Of a stretch of 64,000 nucleotides of DNA, positions 1-9,952 are shown piece by piece. This stretch comes from an uncultured bacterium (lineage in GTDB: Bacteria; Muiribacteriota; UBA9980), in NCBI GenBank assembly GCA_964551445.1, contig CAZKCG010000013.1:23358-87357 (forward strand), read 5' to 3'. The translations under genes and the position numbers were made by a program. How positions within the stretch are numbered: position 1 is the stretch's first letter; every line of letters begins with the position of its first letter. The notes under the pieces were generated by a model. The model had not been told where the DNA came from, ran no database searches, and saw only the letters and a list, made by a program, of their open reading frames with translations.

Positions 1-1932
1 GAAGGCGCCTTTTGCGTAACCGAAAAGTTCCGATTCGAGGAGCGTTTCCGGGATAGCGCCGCAGTTGACGACTATGAGCGGTTTCGAACTTCTGGGCGAC
101 ACCTGGTGAATGAGTGAGGCGACGAGATTTTTTCCGGTTCCGGAAGGCCCTTCGATCAAAATATTGCAGTCGCTTTCTGAAACTATGGGTATGATGTCCA
201 TGATCTTTTTTATTTGCGGGCTTTTGCCTATAAGATTGTGAAAACCGAATTTTACAAAAAGCTCCGATTTTATAACCGAGACCTCTTTTTCGATCTTCTG
301 ACGGGTAAGGATATTCGACATTATCTCGCCGACTATTTTGATCATGGTGATGTCTTCGTCCGGCCAGACCTTTTCACGCCTGACCGAATCGAAGCCGATA
401 AAACCGATGGGCGCTTTTTCGAAAATTATAGGGACCGAAACGAGCGATCTTATGGACTCGGCTATAAGCAGATTTCTTTCATTTTCGGCTTCCGGCGGAA
501 GGCTTTCGATGCCGGCTACGTAATTGACCTCGAGTTTTCTGAGTTTTTCGCCCCAGTAGGAGTCGAGCGAGAAAGGAATATTCTGATTTTTCGATATGAC
601 CGGTTCGATCCCTTCGCGGCACCATTCATGTGTGTTGCTCATGGCCGTGATCGTATCGTCAAATAAAAAAATGTAGCATCTGTCCACTCCGCTGAATTCA
701 CCTATTTCGCCTAACGCTGAAGTTATTTCGCCGTCGATGTCGGGAAGTTTCACATCGGTGAACTTGGTCAGAAGCCTTAACAGGAGGTTTTCCCAGGAGA
801 GCCTGTATTTTAAAACTTCTTCTTCGCGTTTCCGACCGGTGATATCGCGGGCGATCCCGACCGTGCCGATAATATTTCCGGCCTGGTCGTAAAAGGGGGA
901 TTTAGTGGTTTCGACGAAGTTTTCTATACCGCCGAAGGGTTTTATAAGCGTTTCAAAACTTTTTTTCTTTTTGTCTTTGATAACTTCGAGGTCCTGAGAA
1001 ATTATATTGATCGCCGTTGCCGTTTCAAAAATATCGAGGTCGGTTTTTCCTATGATGTGTTCCGCTTTCATGCCCAGGTATTTTTCAAGAGACGAATTGA
1101 TGAATACATAGTGATTGTTTATGTCTTTGATCCAGGCCCTGTCGTCAATGTTATCAAGGAGCGCTCTAAGTTTGGTTTCCGAATTTTTAAGTTCCGTTTC
1201 GATCTTTTTTTGTTCGGAAATGTTTCTGACCGAGGATATTATCAGTTCGGGCAAACCGTTTTTCATGACCGGTTTAGTGTAAAATTCGACCGCTATATAT
1301 TTTCCGGATCTTGTAAGAAGCCGGCCTTCGAAATTAATGCTTTCGCCATTGACGGAATTTTTAAAAAGCGTTAACGAATTTTCCAGGTCTGAAGGATGGG
1401 CGTAAAGGGTGAAGTGGCTCCCAATTAATTCAGATCTGTTCCAGCCGGTGAGTTTTTCGGCGGCGATATTAGCGTCCGCTATTATGCCGTTGGTTTTAAA
1501 AACGCATAATGGTTCCGGCAATAGATCTATTGTTTCCCGGCAGTTTTCGAATATCAGATCTCCGGCGGAGGCTTTTACTGAATTAATTGATATCGCGATA
1601 GATATAACGGGCTCACCGCTATTTCCGATGCGCGCAAGCGTTATATCCAGTTCTTCGTATTCAATTTTTTTAAAGTGTCTCGAACATTTGAATGAGATGA
1701 CGTCGTCCTCGGCGGAAGAATTAAAGGTAGCCAAAATGTAACATAGTTCGTCTTCGGCTATTTCCGGGAGTTTTAAAAGGATGAGATCTGAACGCATAAG
1801 TCTGAAAAGACCGCACGCCGTTTTATTGGCTGCGATTATTCTCATTTCGGCCGGATTTATTAAAAGTCTTGCGTTTGAGTCGTTTTCGAAAACACTCTGG
1901 TAGATATTTTCGTTTTCTAAAATAATTTTCAA
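1..1932 (-). CDS. sigma-54-dependent transcriptional activator with PAS repeats, GAF and AAA+ domains; the C-terminus runs off the left edge of the window
   Basis: Own reverse-strand translation. The ORF is absent from the track because it has no stop inside the window. nt ~250-1 encode GKSPQIKKIMDIIPIVSESDCNILIEGPSGTGKNLVASLIHQVSPRSSKPLIVVNCGAIPETLLESELFGYAKGAF, which carries the Walker A and ESELFG motifs of NtrC-type AAA+ domains. Upstream are PAS-like blocks (YQSVFENDSNARLLINPAEMRIIAANKTACGLF; LCVFKTNGIIADANIAAEKLTGWNRSELIG; WIKDINNHYVFINSSLEKYLGMKAEHIIGKTD) and a GAF-like block. An in-frame stop lies at 1942-1944. The start is TTG 1932 or ATG 1845. Confidence 0.85.
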   Translation of the reverse strand, partial: MKIILENENIYQSVFENDSNARLLINPAEMRIIAANKTACGLFRLMRSDLILLKLPEIAEDELCYILATFNSSAEDDVISFKCSRHFKKIEYEELDITLARIGNSGEPVISIAISINSVKASAGDLIFENCRETIDLLPEPLCVFKTNGIIADANIAAEKLTGWNRSELIGSHFTLYAHPSDLENSLTLFKNSVNGESINFEGRLLTRSGKYIAVEFYTKPVMKNGLPELIISSVRNISEQKKIETELKNSETKLRALLDNIDDRAWIKDINNHYVFINSSLEKYLGMKAEHIIGKTDLDIFETATAINIISQDLEVIKDKKKKSFETLIKPFGGIENFVETTKSPFYDQAGNIIGTVGIARDITGRKREEEVLKYRLSWENLLLRLLTKFTDVKLPDIDGEITSALGEIGEFSGVDRCYIFLFDDTITAMSNTHEWCREGIEPVISKNQNIPFSLDSYWGEKLRKLEVNYVAGIESLPPEAENERNLLIAESIRSLVSVPIIFEKAPIGFIGFDSVRREKVWPDEDITMIKIVGEIMSNILTRQKIEKEVSVIKSELFVKFGFHNLIGKSPQIKKIMDIIPIVSESDCNILIEGPSGTGKNLVASLIHQVSPRSSKPLIVVNCGAIPETLLESELFGYAKGAF

Positions 1933-2216
1933 CGCGCCTTTTTAAAAAAATCGTGTATCTTTTATGAAACACCGCGAAACATTTTATCATAAATACCGTT
2001 GTTAAGCAAATAAAAAATTCGGTCATAAAATGACGTTTCGAGTTGAAATTTAAAATTCCGGCGTTGATTTTCTTGAAAAATGTGAGAGATAGAGAAAGAT
2101 CATGCCGGTAACGCCGTGAATAGTTTTATTTCGAGAATTTATAGCAGGCTGCCGCAATAAAAATAAAATCGTGGGTGAGAATTAATATAAAATGTAGCTT
2201 AAAATACACTTTTTTG

Positions 2217-2245
2217 TTGATTTATTTAACCGTTTGTAGTATAAT
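2217..2245 (+). promoter_or_regulatory. sigma-70-like promoter TTGATT-17 nt-TATAAT directly upstream of rsmH
   Basis: TTGATT at 2217-2222 and TATAAT at 2240-2245. The -10 element ends 7 nt before the ATG at 2253, and no Shine-Dalgarno sequence lies in between. Confidence 0.4.
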
Positions 2246-2252
2246 TTTCGCT

Positions 2253-3236
2253 ATGATAAAAACAAGTGAACATACCGGCGGGCATGTGCCCGTGCTGCTC
2301 GAACCCGTCACGGATAATTTTTCGGCCCTTGAAAAGGTCTATACGGCTACCGGCCGCGACTGCTTCATAGACATGACGTTCGGCCTCGGCGGCCACTCCA
2401 TAGCTCTTCTTGAAAAATTTGAATGGCTTAAAATTGCCGCCCTGGATGCGGATTCAAAAACCTGTGAGCTGGGGCTTGCCAGATACCGCGATTACGTTGA
2501 CTCGGGCCGTCTTCAGATCATAAGAGGGAATTTTTCCGTTTTTGAAACTTTGATCCCGGCGGCGATTTTGAAAAAAAGCCTTGGCGCTATAGCTGATTTC
2601 GGTATTTCAAATTACCAGCTGCTGGATCCCGGCCGCGGTTTTTCATTCGATGATTCCGAATCGCTGGATATGAGGATCGATACGGTCTCGGGCTCGGAAA
2701 CCGCGGAAGAAGTTTTAAACACCTATTCACAGGGCGAACTGGCCGATATTTTCTACCGCCTCGGCGACGAGCGGCTCTCCCGCGAGATCGCGGCCGCCGT
2801 AATAAAGCGCAGGACCGTTTCAAAAATAACTTCCTGCAGCGATTTCGCCGAGATAGTCAGAAACATCTATAAACGGCACCCTTCCATCCGCATGGAAATA
2901 GATTTTGCGACCAAAGCCGTAATGGCGCTTCGCATATTCGTAAATGACGAGTTCAATAATATCGAGGAAATGCTGAAAAAAACTCCCGCGTTTTTTCCAT
3001 CAGGCTCAATGCTCTTTATGATCAGTTTTCATTCGAACGAGGACCGCCGCGTTAAAGACTTCATTGCGGACCAGAGCAAGGATTGCGTCTGCCCCGCCGC
3101 CATACCCGTCTGCAGGTGCGATCATCGCGCCCGCGTCCGTTCCGTAACGCGAAAACCGTTAACCGCAGGCGACTCCGAGATGCGCGCCAACCCGAGAAGC
3201 AGGTCAGCCAAAATGAGGATATACGAAATAATTTAA
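2253..3236 (+). CDS. rsmH: 16S rRNA (cytosine1402-N4)-methyltransferase RsmH/MraW
   Basis: MIKTSEHTGGHVPVLLEPV...DMTFGLGGHS...DFGISNYQLLDPGRGFSF...SFHSNEDRRVK are typical RsmH motifs. First gene of the dcw cluster. I prefer ATG 2253 over the track's GTG 2175, whose extra 26 aa look non-native. Confidence 0.9.
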   Translation: MIKTSEHTGGHVPVLLEPVTDNFSALEKVYTATGRDCFIDMTFGLGGHSIALLEKFEWLKIAALDADSKTCELGLARYRDYVDSGRLQIIRGNFSVFETLIPAAILKKSLGAIADFGISNYQLLDPGRGFSFDDSESLDMRIDTVSGSETAEEVLNTYSQGELADIFYRLGDERLSREIAAAVIKRRTVSKITSCSDFAEIVRNIYKRHPSIRMEIDFATKAVMALRIFVNDEFNNIEEMLKKTPAFFPSGSMLFMISFHSNEDRRVKDFIADQSKDCVCPAAIPVCRCDHRARVRSVTRKPLTAGDSEMRANPRSRSAKMRIYEII

Positions 3237-3255
3237 ACAAGGCCGGATAGTAAAA

Positions 3256-3630
3256 ATGGACAACCAGGAAGTAATCATAGCCCGAAAACCTCTATCCATA
3301 AGAAGGATCGCTGACAGCAGAAAGAACATCGTGGTTTTTTATATGCTTATCGCGGTTCTTTTCTGCACGATGATACTCGCCTACGTCTGGTCCTTCGTCA
3401 AAATGGTTGAAATAAAGGTCGGGCTCAATAAGATCTCGACCGAATACAAAGATATTTTAAAGGAACACGATAAACTTCTGGCCGAGCGCGCGAAGCTTTC
3501 GGCGACCAACCGCATCGAGGAGATGGCGAAAGGCAAACTCATGATGACGCTCCCTACGAGGGTCGAGTATGTTTCGCTTCTTCAGAATTACTACGGCGCG
3601 ACCAACGAGAACGCGCTTAAAACGCAATAG
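3256..3630 (+). CDS. ftsL: cell division protein FtsL-like: single transmembrane helix plus coiled coil
   Basis: 124 aa with an N-terminal transmembrane helix (IVVFYMLIAVLFCTMILAYVWSF) followed by a coiled-coil segment. It sits in the canonical position between rsmH and ftsI. Confidence 0.7.
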   Translation: MDNQEVIIARKPLSIRRIADSRKNIVVFYMLIAVLFCTMILAYVWSFVKMVEIKVGLNKISTEYKDILKEHDKLLAERAKLSATNRIEEMAKGKLMMTLPTRVEYVSLLQNYYGATNENALKTQ

Positions 3631-3632
3631 AA

Positions 3633-5798
3633 ATGTATTATAATTTCGTAGACATACTCGACGTTCATAAAAGAAGGCTCGTTTTCGTAGGCGCGATAAC
3701 ATGCATTTTCGTGCTTTTTATCGTAAGGCGCCTATACGTGGTCCAGGTCATAGAACACGAGAAGTGGAACGACGCCGGAAAACGAACGGTAAAAGTGGTG
3801 GTGACCAAGAAACGCGGAACGATTTTTGACAGAAACGGCAGCAAACTCGCTATATCATCGCCTGTCAGATCCTGTTACATATGTCCCGATGAACTCATTT
3901 CCAATTCTGAAGGCGTCGCCATGGTGCTTTCGAAATATCTCGGCGTCAGCAAGGAAAAAATACTTCAGGCGGCTCTTAAAAAATCAAAATTCGTGTGGAT
4001 AAAAAGGGCCATCCCTACCGAAACGGCAAACGAGATCCAGAAGCTCTCCCTGCCCGGCGTTTACTTCAAAAACGAATTTAAAAGAGTTTATCCCTATGGA
4101 AATCTCGCTTCGAACCTTCTGGGATGCGTCGGTCAGGACAGGGGCGGAGATCTTGATAACAAAGGCCTCGAAGGCGTCGAATTGATATTTGAGACCTATC
4201 TGCGGGGCGTAAGCGGAGTCATAAAAAAACAGTTCGAATCCAAATCCATGACCAACGTTAAAACATGGGACATGGATTCGCGCTATTTCGGCGGAATATC
4301 CATCCATCTGACGATCGACGACATCATACAGAGCATCGCCGAGAAGGAGGTCGACGAGATAATCAAGGTCTATAAACCGAAATCCGCTTTCATAATAGTC
4401 ATGAATCCGCAGACCGGAGAGCTTCTGGCGATAGCCAACCGCCCGAGTTACGATAACAACAATTTTTCAGCCTCGCAGGCCGAGAATCGTAGAAACAGAG
4501 CGCTTGTCGATATATATGAGCCGGGCTCGACCTTCAAGATCGTTACCTACTCCGCGGCGCTTGAAGAAAACGCCATATCGCCGTCGGAAGTTTTTAACTG
4601 CACCGGCGCCATAAACGTTTTCGGCGATAAATTCGTTATAAAATGCGACTCCGTCCATGGAAAACAGACGTTCCTCGAGGCTTTCGCCAATTCGTGCAAC
4701 CCGGCCACGATACAGATCGCCAATAAACTCGGGAAAGAAAAATTTTACGCTTACGCGAAAAAATACGGTTTTGGAAAAGCCACCAACATATTGCCGCATT
4801 CGGGCGAGTCGGCCGGTATTTTAAGAGCGACCAAACAGTGGTCGGCCCTGTCGCTGGCGTCCATGTCTCTCGGCCAGGAGGTCGGCGTGAACGGCATTCA
4901 GGCCATAGCCGCTTATTCCGCGATAATAAACGACGGCATCATGATGAAGCCGATCCTCGTGTCGGCCTTCGAGGATACCGGCAGCAAGGCGTTAAAAAAA
5001 TTCGACATAGGGCCGGGAGTTAAGATCGTTTCGCCTGAAACGGCCGCTAAAATGAAACAGGCGCTGCGCAAGGTCGTTCTTTCCGGAACCGGTAAAAAGG
5101 CTGAACTTGAAGGGTATGACATTCTGGGGAAAACCGGGACCGCCCAAAAGTCAGTTCCTGGAAGGGCTTATGAAGCGGGAAGGTATTTTTCATCGTTCAT
5201 TGGATTTATAAACGAGCCTCATTTCAAACTTTCCGTGCTCGTCGTCGTCAACGAGCCACAGCTTCCGGCTGGTGAAAAAGACGTTCACGGCGGCAGGATA
5301 GCAGCGCCCGCGTTTAAAAACGTGGCCGAAAAAATGCTGATGTATTATAATATCCTGCCTGAGGAAAAAAAGATCGAGACCTTCGTTTCAAATCTCGACG
5401 CCCAGAGACTTATTAAAGTTCCCGACATAGTCGGGCAGTCGCCTTCCGAAATAAAAGGCAGGCATGACGGCGACATGAAGATACAGTTTTTGGGAAACGG
5501 CCCCATAGTCGTCAAACAATTTCCGAAGCCGTTCAAGTTCCTGCATCACGACGAAAGCATAATCGCGTATCTGGGAACTTCCGACGACATAAACATGAAC
5601 AAAAAAAGCGAGAAAAAGTTTTTTATGCCTATGCTGATAGGAAAATCAATGAAAGAGTCGCTTGAGATACTTAAAAATTATAACCTCGCGTCGGAATTTT
5701 CAGGGTCCGGATTCGTCGCCGAACAAAAGCCGCTGCCCGGAGAATTATTGTCGGACGCGAGCGTGATAAAACTGAATTTTTCAATGAATAAGAATTAG
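3633..5798 (+). CDS. ftsI: peptidoglycan D,D-transpeptidase FtsI (class B PBP) with two C-terminal PASTA-like domains
   Basis: Transpeptidase motifs STFK (EPGSTFKIVT), SCN (ANSCNP) and KTGT (LGKTGTAQK). The C-terminus has two PASTA-like repeats (VPDIVGQSPSEIKG...VVKQFPKP; MPMLIGKSMKESLEILK...VAEQKPLPG). Confidence 0.9.
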   Translation: MYYNFVDILDVHKRRLVFVGAITCIFVLFIVRRLYVVQVIEHEKWNDAGKRTVKVVVTKKRGTIFDRNGSKLAISSPVRSCYICPDELISNSEGVAMVLSKYLGVSKEKILQAALKKSKFVWIKRAIPTETANEIQKLSLPGVYFKNEFKRVYPYGNLASNLLGCVGQDRGGDLDNKGLEGVELIFETYLRGVSGVIKKQFESKSMTNVKTWDMDSRYFGGISIHLTIDDIIQSIAEKEVDEIIKVYKPKSAFIIVMNPQTGELLAIANRPSYDNNNFSASQAENRRNRALVDIYEPGSTFKIVTYSAALEENAISPSEVFNCTGAINVFGDKFVIKCDSVHGKQTFLEAFANSCNPATIQIANKLGKEKFYAYAKKYGFGKATNILPHSGESAGILRATKQWSALSLASMSLGQEVGVNGIQAIAAYSAIINDGIMMKPILVSAFEDTGSKALKKFDIGPGVKIVSPETAAKMKQALRKVVLSGTGKKAELEGYDILGKTGTAQKSVPGRAYEAGRYFSSFIGFINEPHFKLSVLVVVNEPQLPAGEKDVHGGRIAAPAFKNVAEKMLMYYNILPEEKKIETFVSNLDAQRLIKVPDIVGQSPSEIKGRHDGDMKIQFLGNGPIVVKQFPKPFKFLHHDESIIAYLGTSDDINMNKKSEKKFFMPMLIGKSMKESLEILKNYNLASEFSGSGFVAEQKPLPGELLSDASVIKLNFSMNKN

Positions 5799-5803
5799 GC
5801 GGT

Positions 5804-7396
5804 ATGATCATAATGCCAATGTTAATGAGTGAAATAATTAAATTGACCGGCGATTGCGAAGTTAAAAATTTTACGGATGACTTCGCCGTGGAAGCGATCG
5901 AGAACGATAACCGCAAGCCTATGGACGGAACTCTTTTTATAGCCATGAGCGGAAATAATTATGACAGCCACAGAAGCCTTCCGGACATCGTAAAAAAAGG
6001 CGCGCTCGCCCTGGTCGTTGAAAAGCCCGTTGATACGGATCGATTGAAGGTGCCGGTACTGCGGGTGCGCTCGTCTTTCGAATTCACGAAGAGGATCGCC
6101 GCCGCTTTTTACGGATTTCCATCTTCGCGGATGACCCTTGCGGGCATAACCGGAACGAACGGAAAGACCACCACTTCTTATTTTTTAAGGTCGGTGCTTT
6201 CTCAGAAATATATGGACTGCGGCCTTATAGGGACGATAAAATACGTCACCGGAAATCAGACGGTTGAAGCGCCGAATACCTCTCCCGAGCCGCTTTTTTT
6301 CCAGGAGCTTTTGAGTAAAATGGTTTCTAACGGGCTCAGAGCCTGCGTCATGGAAGTTTCGTCCCACGCTATAAAGCTCGGCCGCGTAGAAAATACCGAA
6401 TACGATTATTTAATATTCACGAACCTTTCCAAGGAACACACGGAGCTTCATCCCACGATGGAAGATTATTACGAAACGAAGGCCGCCATATTCAAGAAGA
6501 TGTTCGCGCGCAAGGGTTCCAAGAGCCTCAGGAAGACAGCCATAATCAACGCCGACGATCCGTACGGAATGCGCCTGATATCGGAGCTCGCGGATATCTC
6601 CGGGGCCTTCGTGTTCACATACGCGCTTGACGCGAGGCACAAGGCGGATCTTTTCGCCGATAATATCAGGATAAAAGCCTCCGGCGCGTCTTTTGACCTC
6701 AGATATAAAAGGTTCGGCGTTCCGGTGGAGCTTAAAATGACGGGGCTTTTCAATGTTTACAACGCTCTGGCGGCGGCGGCCTGCGGCATATGCGACGGTA
6801 TGTCGCTTAACGAAATAAAATCCGGGCTCGAATATATGTCGGCGGTTCCCGGCCGGTTCCAGCTCGTCGACTGCGCCGGTTCGGCCGGACGCATGCCCGG
6901 GTTCTCGGTGTTCATAGATTACGCCCACACTCCGGAAGGCGTCGCCAACGTATTGAGCCTGGCCCGTTCTTTGAACCCGTCCCGGATAATAACCGTTATA
7001 GGATGCGGAGGCGACCGTTCCAGGGAAAAGCGGCCAATGATGGGATATAACGCCGCCGCGAGCAGCGATCTGACCATTATAACTTCCGATAATCCCCGCA
7101 CGGAGGATCCGGATCAGATAATAAAAGATTTAATGCCCGGTGTATTAAAGGCCGGACGGAGATATCTGGTCGAACCTGACCGGGCCATGGCGATAGGGCT
7201 GGCCATAGAAGAAGGTGCGGCGGGCGACATAATCATCATAGCGGGCAAGGGCCATGAGAACTACCAGATAATCGGAAACAAAAAGATAGATTTTGACGAT
7301 TACGCGGTCGCTCTTGACGCTATAAATAAAAAATGCGCCGGCTCGAACACAACCGATAATTCATCAAATAGCATAGAAGGAAGGCTGATTTATTAA
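5804..7396 (+). CDS. murE: UDP-N-acetylmuramoyl-L-alanyl-D-glutamate--2,6-diaminopimelate ligase MurE
   Basis: GITGTNGKTTT P-loop, and a DNPR motif (SDNPRTEDP) typical of meso-DAP-adding MurE. Position in the dcw cluster. Confidence 0.9.
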   Translation: MIIMPMLMSEIIKLTGDCEVKNFTDDFAVEAIENDNRKPMDGTLFIAMSGNNYDSHRSLPDIVKKGALALVVEKPVDTDRLKVPVLRVRSSFEFTKRIAAAFYGFPSSRMTLAGITGTNGKTTTSYFLRSVLSQKYMDCGLIGTIKYVTGNQTVEAPNTSPEPLFFQELLSKMVSNGLRACVMEVSSHAIKLGRVENTEYDYLIFTNLSKEHTELHPTMEDYYETKAAIFKKMFARKGSKSLRKTAIINADDPYGMRLISELADISGAFVFTYALDARHKADLFADNIRIKASGASFDLRYKRFGVPVELKMTGLFNVYNALAAAACGICDGMSLNEIKSGLEYMSAVPGRFQLVDCAGSAGRMPGFSVFIDYAHTPEGVANVLSLARSLNPSRIITVIGCGGDRSREKRPMMGYNAAASSDLTIITSDNPRTEDPDQIIKDLMPGVLKAGRRYLVEPDRAMAIGLAIEEGAAGDIIIIAGKGHENYQIIGNKKIDFDDYAVALDAINKKCAGSNTTDNSSNSIEGRLIY

Positions 7397-7399
7397 CTT

Positions 7400-8839
7400 A
7401 TGGAACTTACCAGAAAACTATTAAAAGAGATCAATGGCACGCTGTCTTTAAACGCCCCGGCCGACGGTGCCTTTAAAATACCTCTGGGGCCGCCCTGCAT
7501 AGATTCCAGAAAGGTCCGCGAAGGCGATACTTTTTTCGGCATTTCGGGTGAAGGACGCGACGGATGCGATTTTTTCGAGGACGCTGTGACGAAAGGCGCG
7601 AAAGTGCTGATCTTAAACAATTCTCATCGCGAGAAATTCGAAAGGTCCGATGCCGCGGCTAAAAAAGGCGCCATAGCGGTTTTCGCCGCCAATACGAAGA
7701 CGGCCCTCAAACAGATAGGCTTTTTCAACCGCCTCGCGCATTCGATACCGTTCGTGGCCGTTACCGGGTCTAACGGCAAGACGACCACGAAAGAGCTTAT
7801 AGCTGCGATCCTCGCGTCCAAATACAAGGTGTTCAAGACCGACGGGAATTTCAACAACGACCTGGGCCTTCCCATGGAACTTATGAAACTCGACGGCACT
7901 CATGAGATCGGCGTGGTGGAACTTGGCATGAGCGCCCTGCACGAGATCGAAAATCTCGCGTCTCTGGTCCTTCCGCGCATAGGCGTCGTGACCTGCGTCG
8001 GACCCGCTCATATCGAACATCTTAAAACGCTTAAAAATATAGCTAAAGCGAAGGCTGAGCTTATATCGAAGGTCGATACTCAGGGAGCGATAGTTTTAAA
8101 TTACGACAACACCTACACCAGGAAGATGGCTTCGCTTTATTCGGGACGGGTCATGGGCTACGCCATCGATAACAGGTCCGCGAAAGTGCGCGCCGAACGG
8201 GTTGAATTGAATGAGCGTGGTTTTTATGATTTCACATGCGCGATAGCGGCTAACGGTAAAAAATATGAACCGTTCGCGATTTCCCTTCCTCTCGCCGGAA
8301 AACACAATATCCTCAACTGTCTCGCGGCCATATCGGTAGGGCTTGAATTTGACGTGAGCGTCGAGAAAATAAGGACTGCCGTGAATAATTTCGACGGCGT
8401 CAAAAAAAGAATGGAGCTTATTGAAATTGCCGGCGGAATAAGAGTTTTAAATGATTGTTATAACGCGAATCCGCTTTCAATGAGATCGGCTATCGAAACG
8501 ATATCCGAAATACCCGGGGCGCGCCGCAGGGTGGCCATAATAGGGGATATGCTTGAGCTCGGTGCCTGGAGCGTGCGCTCGCATATGGAGATCGGACGGC
8601 TCGCCCAAAAAAGCGGCATAGAGCTTCTGGTGACCGTGGGCGAACGGGCAGGTCAGATCAGGGAAGCGGCTATAGCGGCCGGAATGGACGAAAAGAACGC
8701 GATACACTTCAAAGATTCCGACGAGACCGCCGGCATGATAAACGGGCTCATCAAAAGCGGCGACCTTATTCTGATAAAGGGCTCGCGCAGAATGAAGCTC
8801 GAGAACGTGCTGAGCGCGTTACAGGGAGAACGCAAGTAA
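7400..8839 (+). CDS. murF: UDP-N-acetylmuramoyl-tripeptide--D-alanyl-D-alanine ligase MurF
   Basis: VTGSNGKTTTKE P-loop, NDCYNANP motif, dcw position. Confidence 0.9.
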   Translation: MELTRKLLKEINGTLSLNAPADGAFKIPLGPPCIDSRKVREGDTFFGISGEGRDGCDFFEDAVTKGAKVLILNNSHREKFERSDAAAKKGAIAVFAANTKTALKQIGFFNRLAHSIPFVAVTGSNGKTTTKELIAAILASKYKVFKTDGNFNNDLGLPMELMKLDGTHEIGVVELGMSALHEIENLASLVLPRIGVVTCVGPAHIEHLKTLKNIAKAKAELISKVDTQGAIVLNYDNTYTRKMASLYSGRVMGYAIDNRSAKVRAERVELNERGFYDFTCAIAANGKKYEPFAISLPLAGKHNILNCLAAISVGLEFDVSVEKIRTAVNNFDGVKKRMELIEIAGGIRVLNDCYNANPLSMRSAIETISEIPGARRRVAIIGDMLELGAWSVRSHMEIGRLAQKSGIELLVTVGERAGQIREAAIAAGMDEKNAIHFKDSDETAGMINGLIKSGDLILIKGSRRMKLENVLSALQGERK

Positions 8840-9924
8840 TGTTTTATTATCTCATAAGCGGCTCCATATCGAAATTTACGGCGATGATAACGGTCCGGGC
8901 CCTCTTCGCGGTCTTAACCTCTTTCGCCATAACTCTTTTTCTGGTCCCGATCGTCATCAGAAACATTCAAAGCCGGAAGGCGGGCCAGAACATAAGAAAA
9001 CTAGGCCCGGAGAGCCATCAGGTAAAAGCCGGAAGGCCTACGATGGGCGGCATAGCCATGGTGATATCCATAATCGTCACGTCATTCGTCTGGTGTCAGC
9101 TGAACGAATTCGTGGTCGTCATGCTCGTCACCACGCTATGGCTTGGAATGGTAGGTTTTTTAGACGACGTTCTCAAGTTCACGCGGCATAGTTCCGACGG
9201 CCTTTCCGCGAGAGCTAAAATGGGGCTTCAGATGGTTCTGGGGCTTGCCGTCGGCTGGCTGTTATATTCCCAGAAGATAATAGCGCCTTCGATATTCGTT
9301 CCGATAATAAATATCGAGATGGATATCGGCTGGCTATATATTTTTTTCGTGGCGTTCATCGTGTGCGGCTATTCGAACGCGGTGAATCTTACCGACGGGC
9401 TTGACGGGCTGGCTATAGGCGTGGTCATTCTCGTTTCGGCGGCGTTAGCCGCTATTGCCTATATCAGCGGCAACGTCATATTCTCGAAGCACGCGGCGCT
9501 TCCATTTATCCGGGGCGCGGGCGAACTTACTGTATATTGCGCTTCGATGATCGGGGCCGGTCTCGGGTTCTTCTGGTATAATGCTTCTCCGGCCGAGATA
9601 TTCATGGGGGACGTCGGTTCTCTCGCCCTGGGCGGGGCGATAGGCATGGTGGCGATTTTTACGAAAAGCGAGCTTCTGCTCGTCGTCGTCGGCGGCATCT
9701 TCGTCGTGGAAGCGCTATCGGTAATGATACAGGTTTTCAGTTTCAAATTTTTCGGCAGGCGCGTGTTCAAAATGAGCCCGATACATCATCATTTCGAACT
9801 TTCAGGATGGCCCGAGACCAAGGTCGTGGCCAGGTTCTGGGTAATAACGGTGATACTCATCCTCGCGGGCTTATGCATAATCGGGTTGAACACCCTTATT
9901 TCCAACAAACAACTTTTAAATTAG
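8839..9924 (+). CDS. mraY: phospho-N-acetylmuramoyl-pentapeptide transferase MraY
   Basis: Polytopic membrane protein with GFLDD, NAVNLTDGLDGLA, MGDVGSLALGG and PIHHHFE motifs. Its start overlaps the murF stop by 1 nt. Confidence 0.92.
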   Translation: MFYYLISGSISKFTAMITVRALFAVLTSFAITLFLVPIVIRNIQSRKAGQNIRKLGPESHQVKAGRPTMGGIAMVISIIVTSFVWCQLNEFVVVMLVTTLWLGMVGFLDDVLKFTRHSSDGLSARAKMGLQMVLGLAVGWLLYSQKIIAPSIFVPIINIEMDIGWLYIFFVAFIVCGYSNAVNLTDGLDGLAIGVVILVSAALAAIAYISGNVIFSKHAALPFIRGAGELTVYCASMIGAGLGFFWYNASPAEIFMGDVGSLALGGAIGMVAIFTKSELLLVVVGGIFVVEALSVMIQVFSFKFFGRRVFKMSPIHHHFELSGWPETKVVARFWVITVILILAGLCIIGLNTLISNKQLLN

Positions 9925-9952
9925 CGATTAATGAAGTGGTGCGTGTATAGTT

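Noticed and set aside
214-1741. Plus-strand ORFs 214-666, 338-523, 1057-1374 and 1409-1741 from the track.
   Set aside because: They lie antisense to a continuous minus-strand reading frame that carries clear PAS, GAF and sigma-54 AAA+ motifs. Their products are low-complexity, Phe/Arg-rich and match no motif.
2175-2252. Upstream N-terminal extensions in the ORF track for rsmH (2175), ftsZ (16711), the PfkB kinase (20283), the AsmA-like gene (21544) and udk (28130).
   Set aside because: In each case an internal ATG with a Shine-Dalgarno sequence or promoter gives the canonical family N-terminus. The extensions overlap upstream genes or look non-native.
6410-6928. Long antisense ORFs inside well-supported genes: 6410-6928(-), 24722-25207(-), 38212-38784(+), 40406-40888(+), 54692-55270(+), 59871-60341(-) and 62044-62499(+).
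   Set aside because: Each is fully embedded opposite a gene with strong family motifs or a long coherent frame. The products are Arg/Ser/Pro-rich with no motifs and no RBS. This is the expected by-product of codon bias at this GC content.
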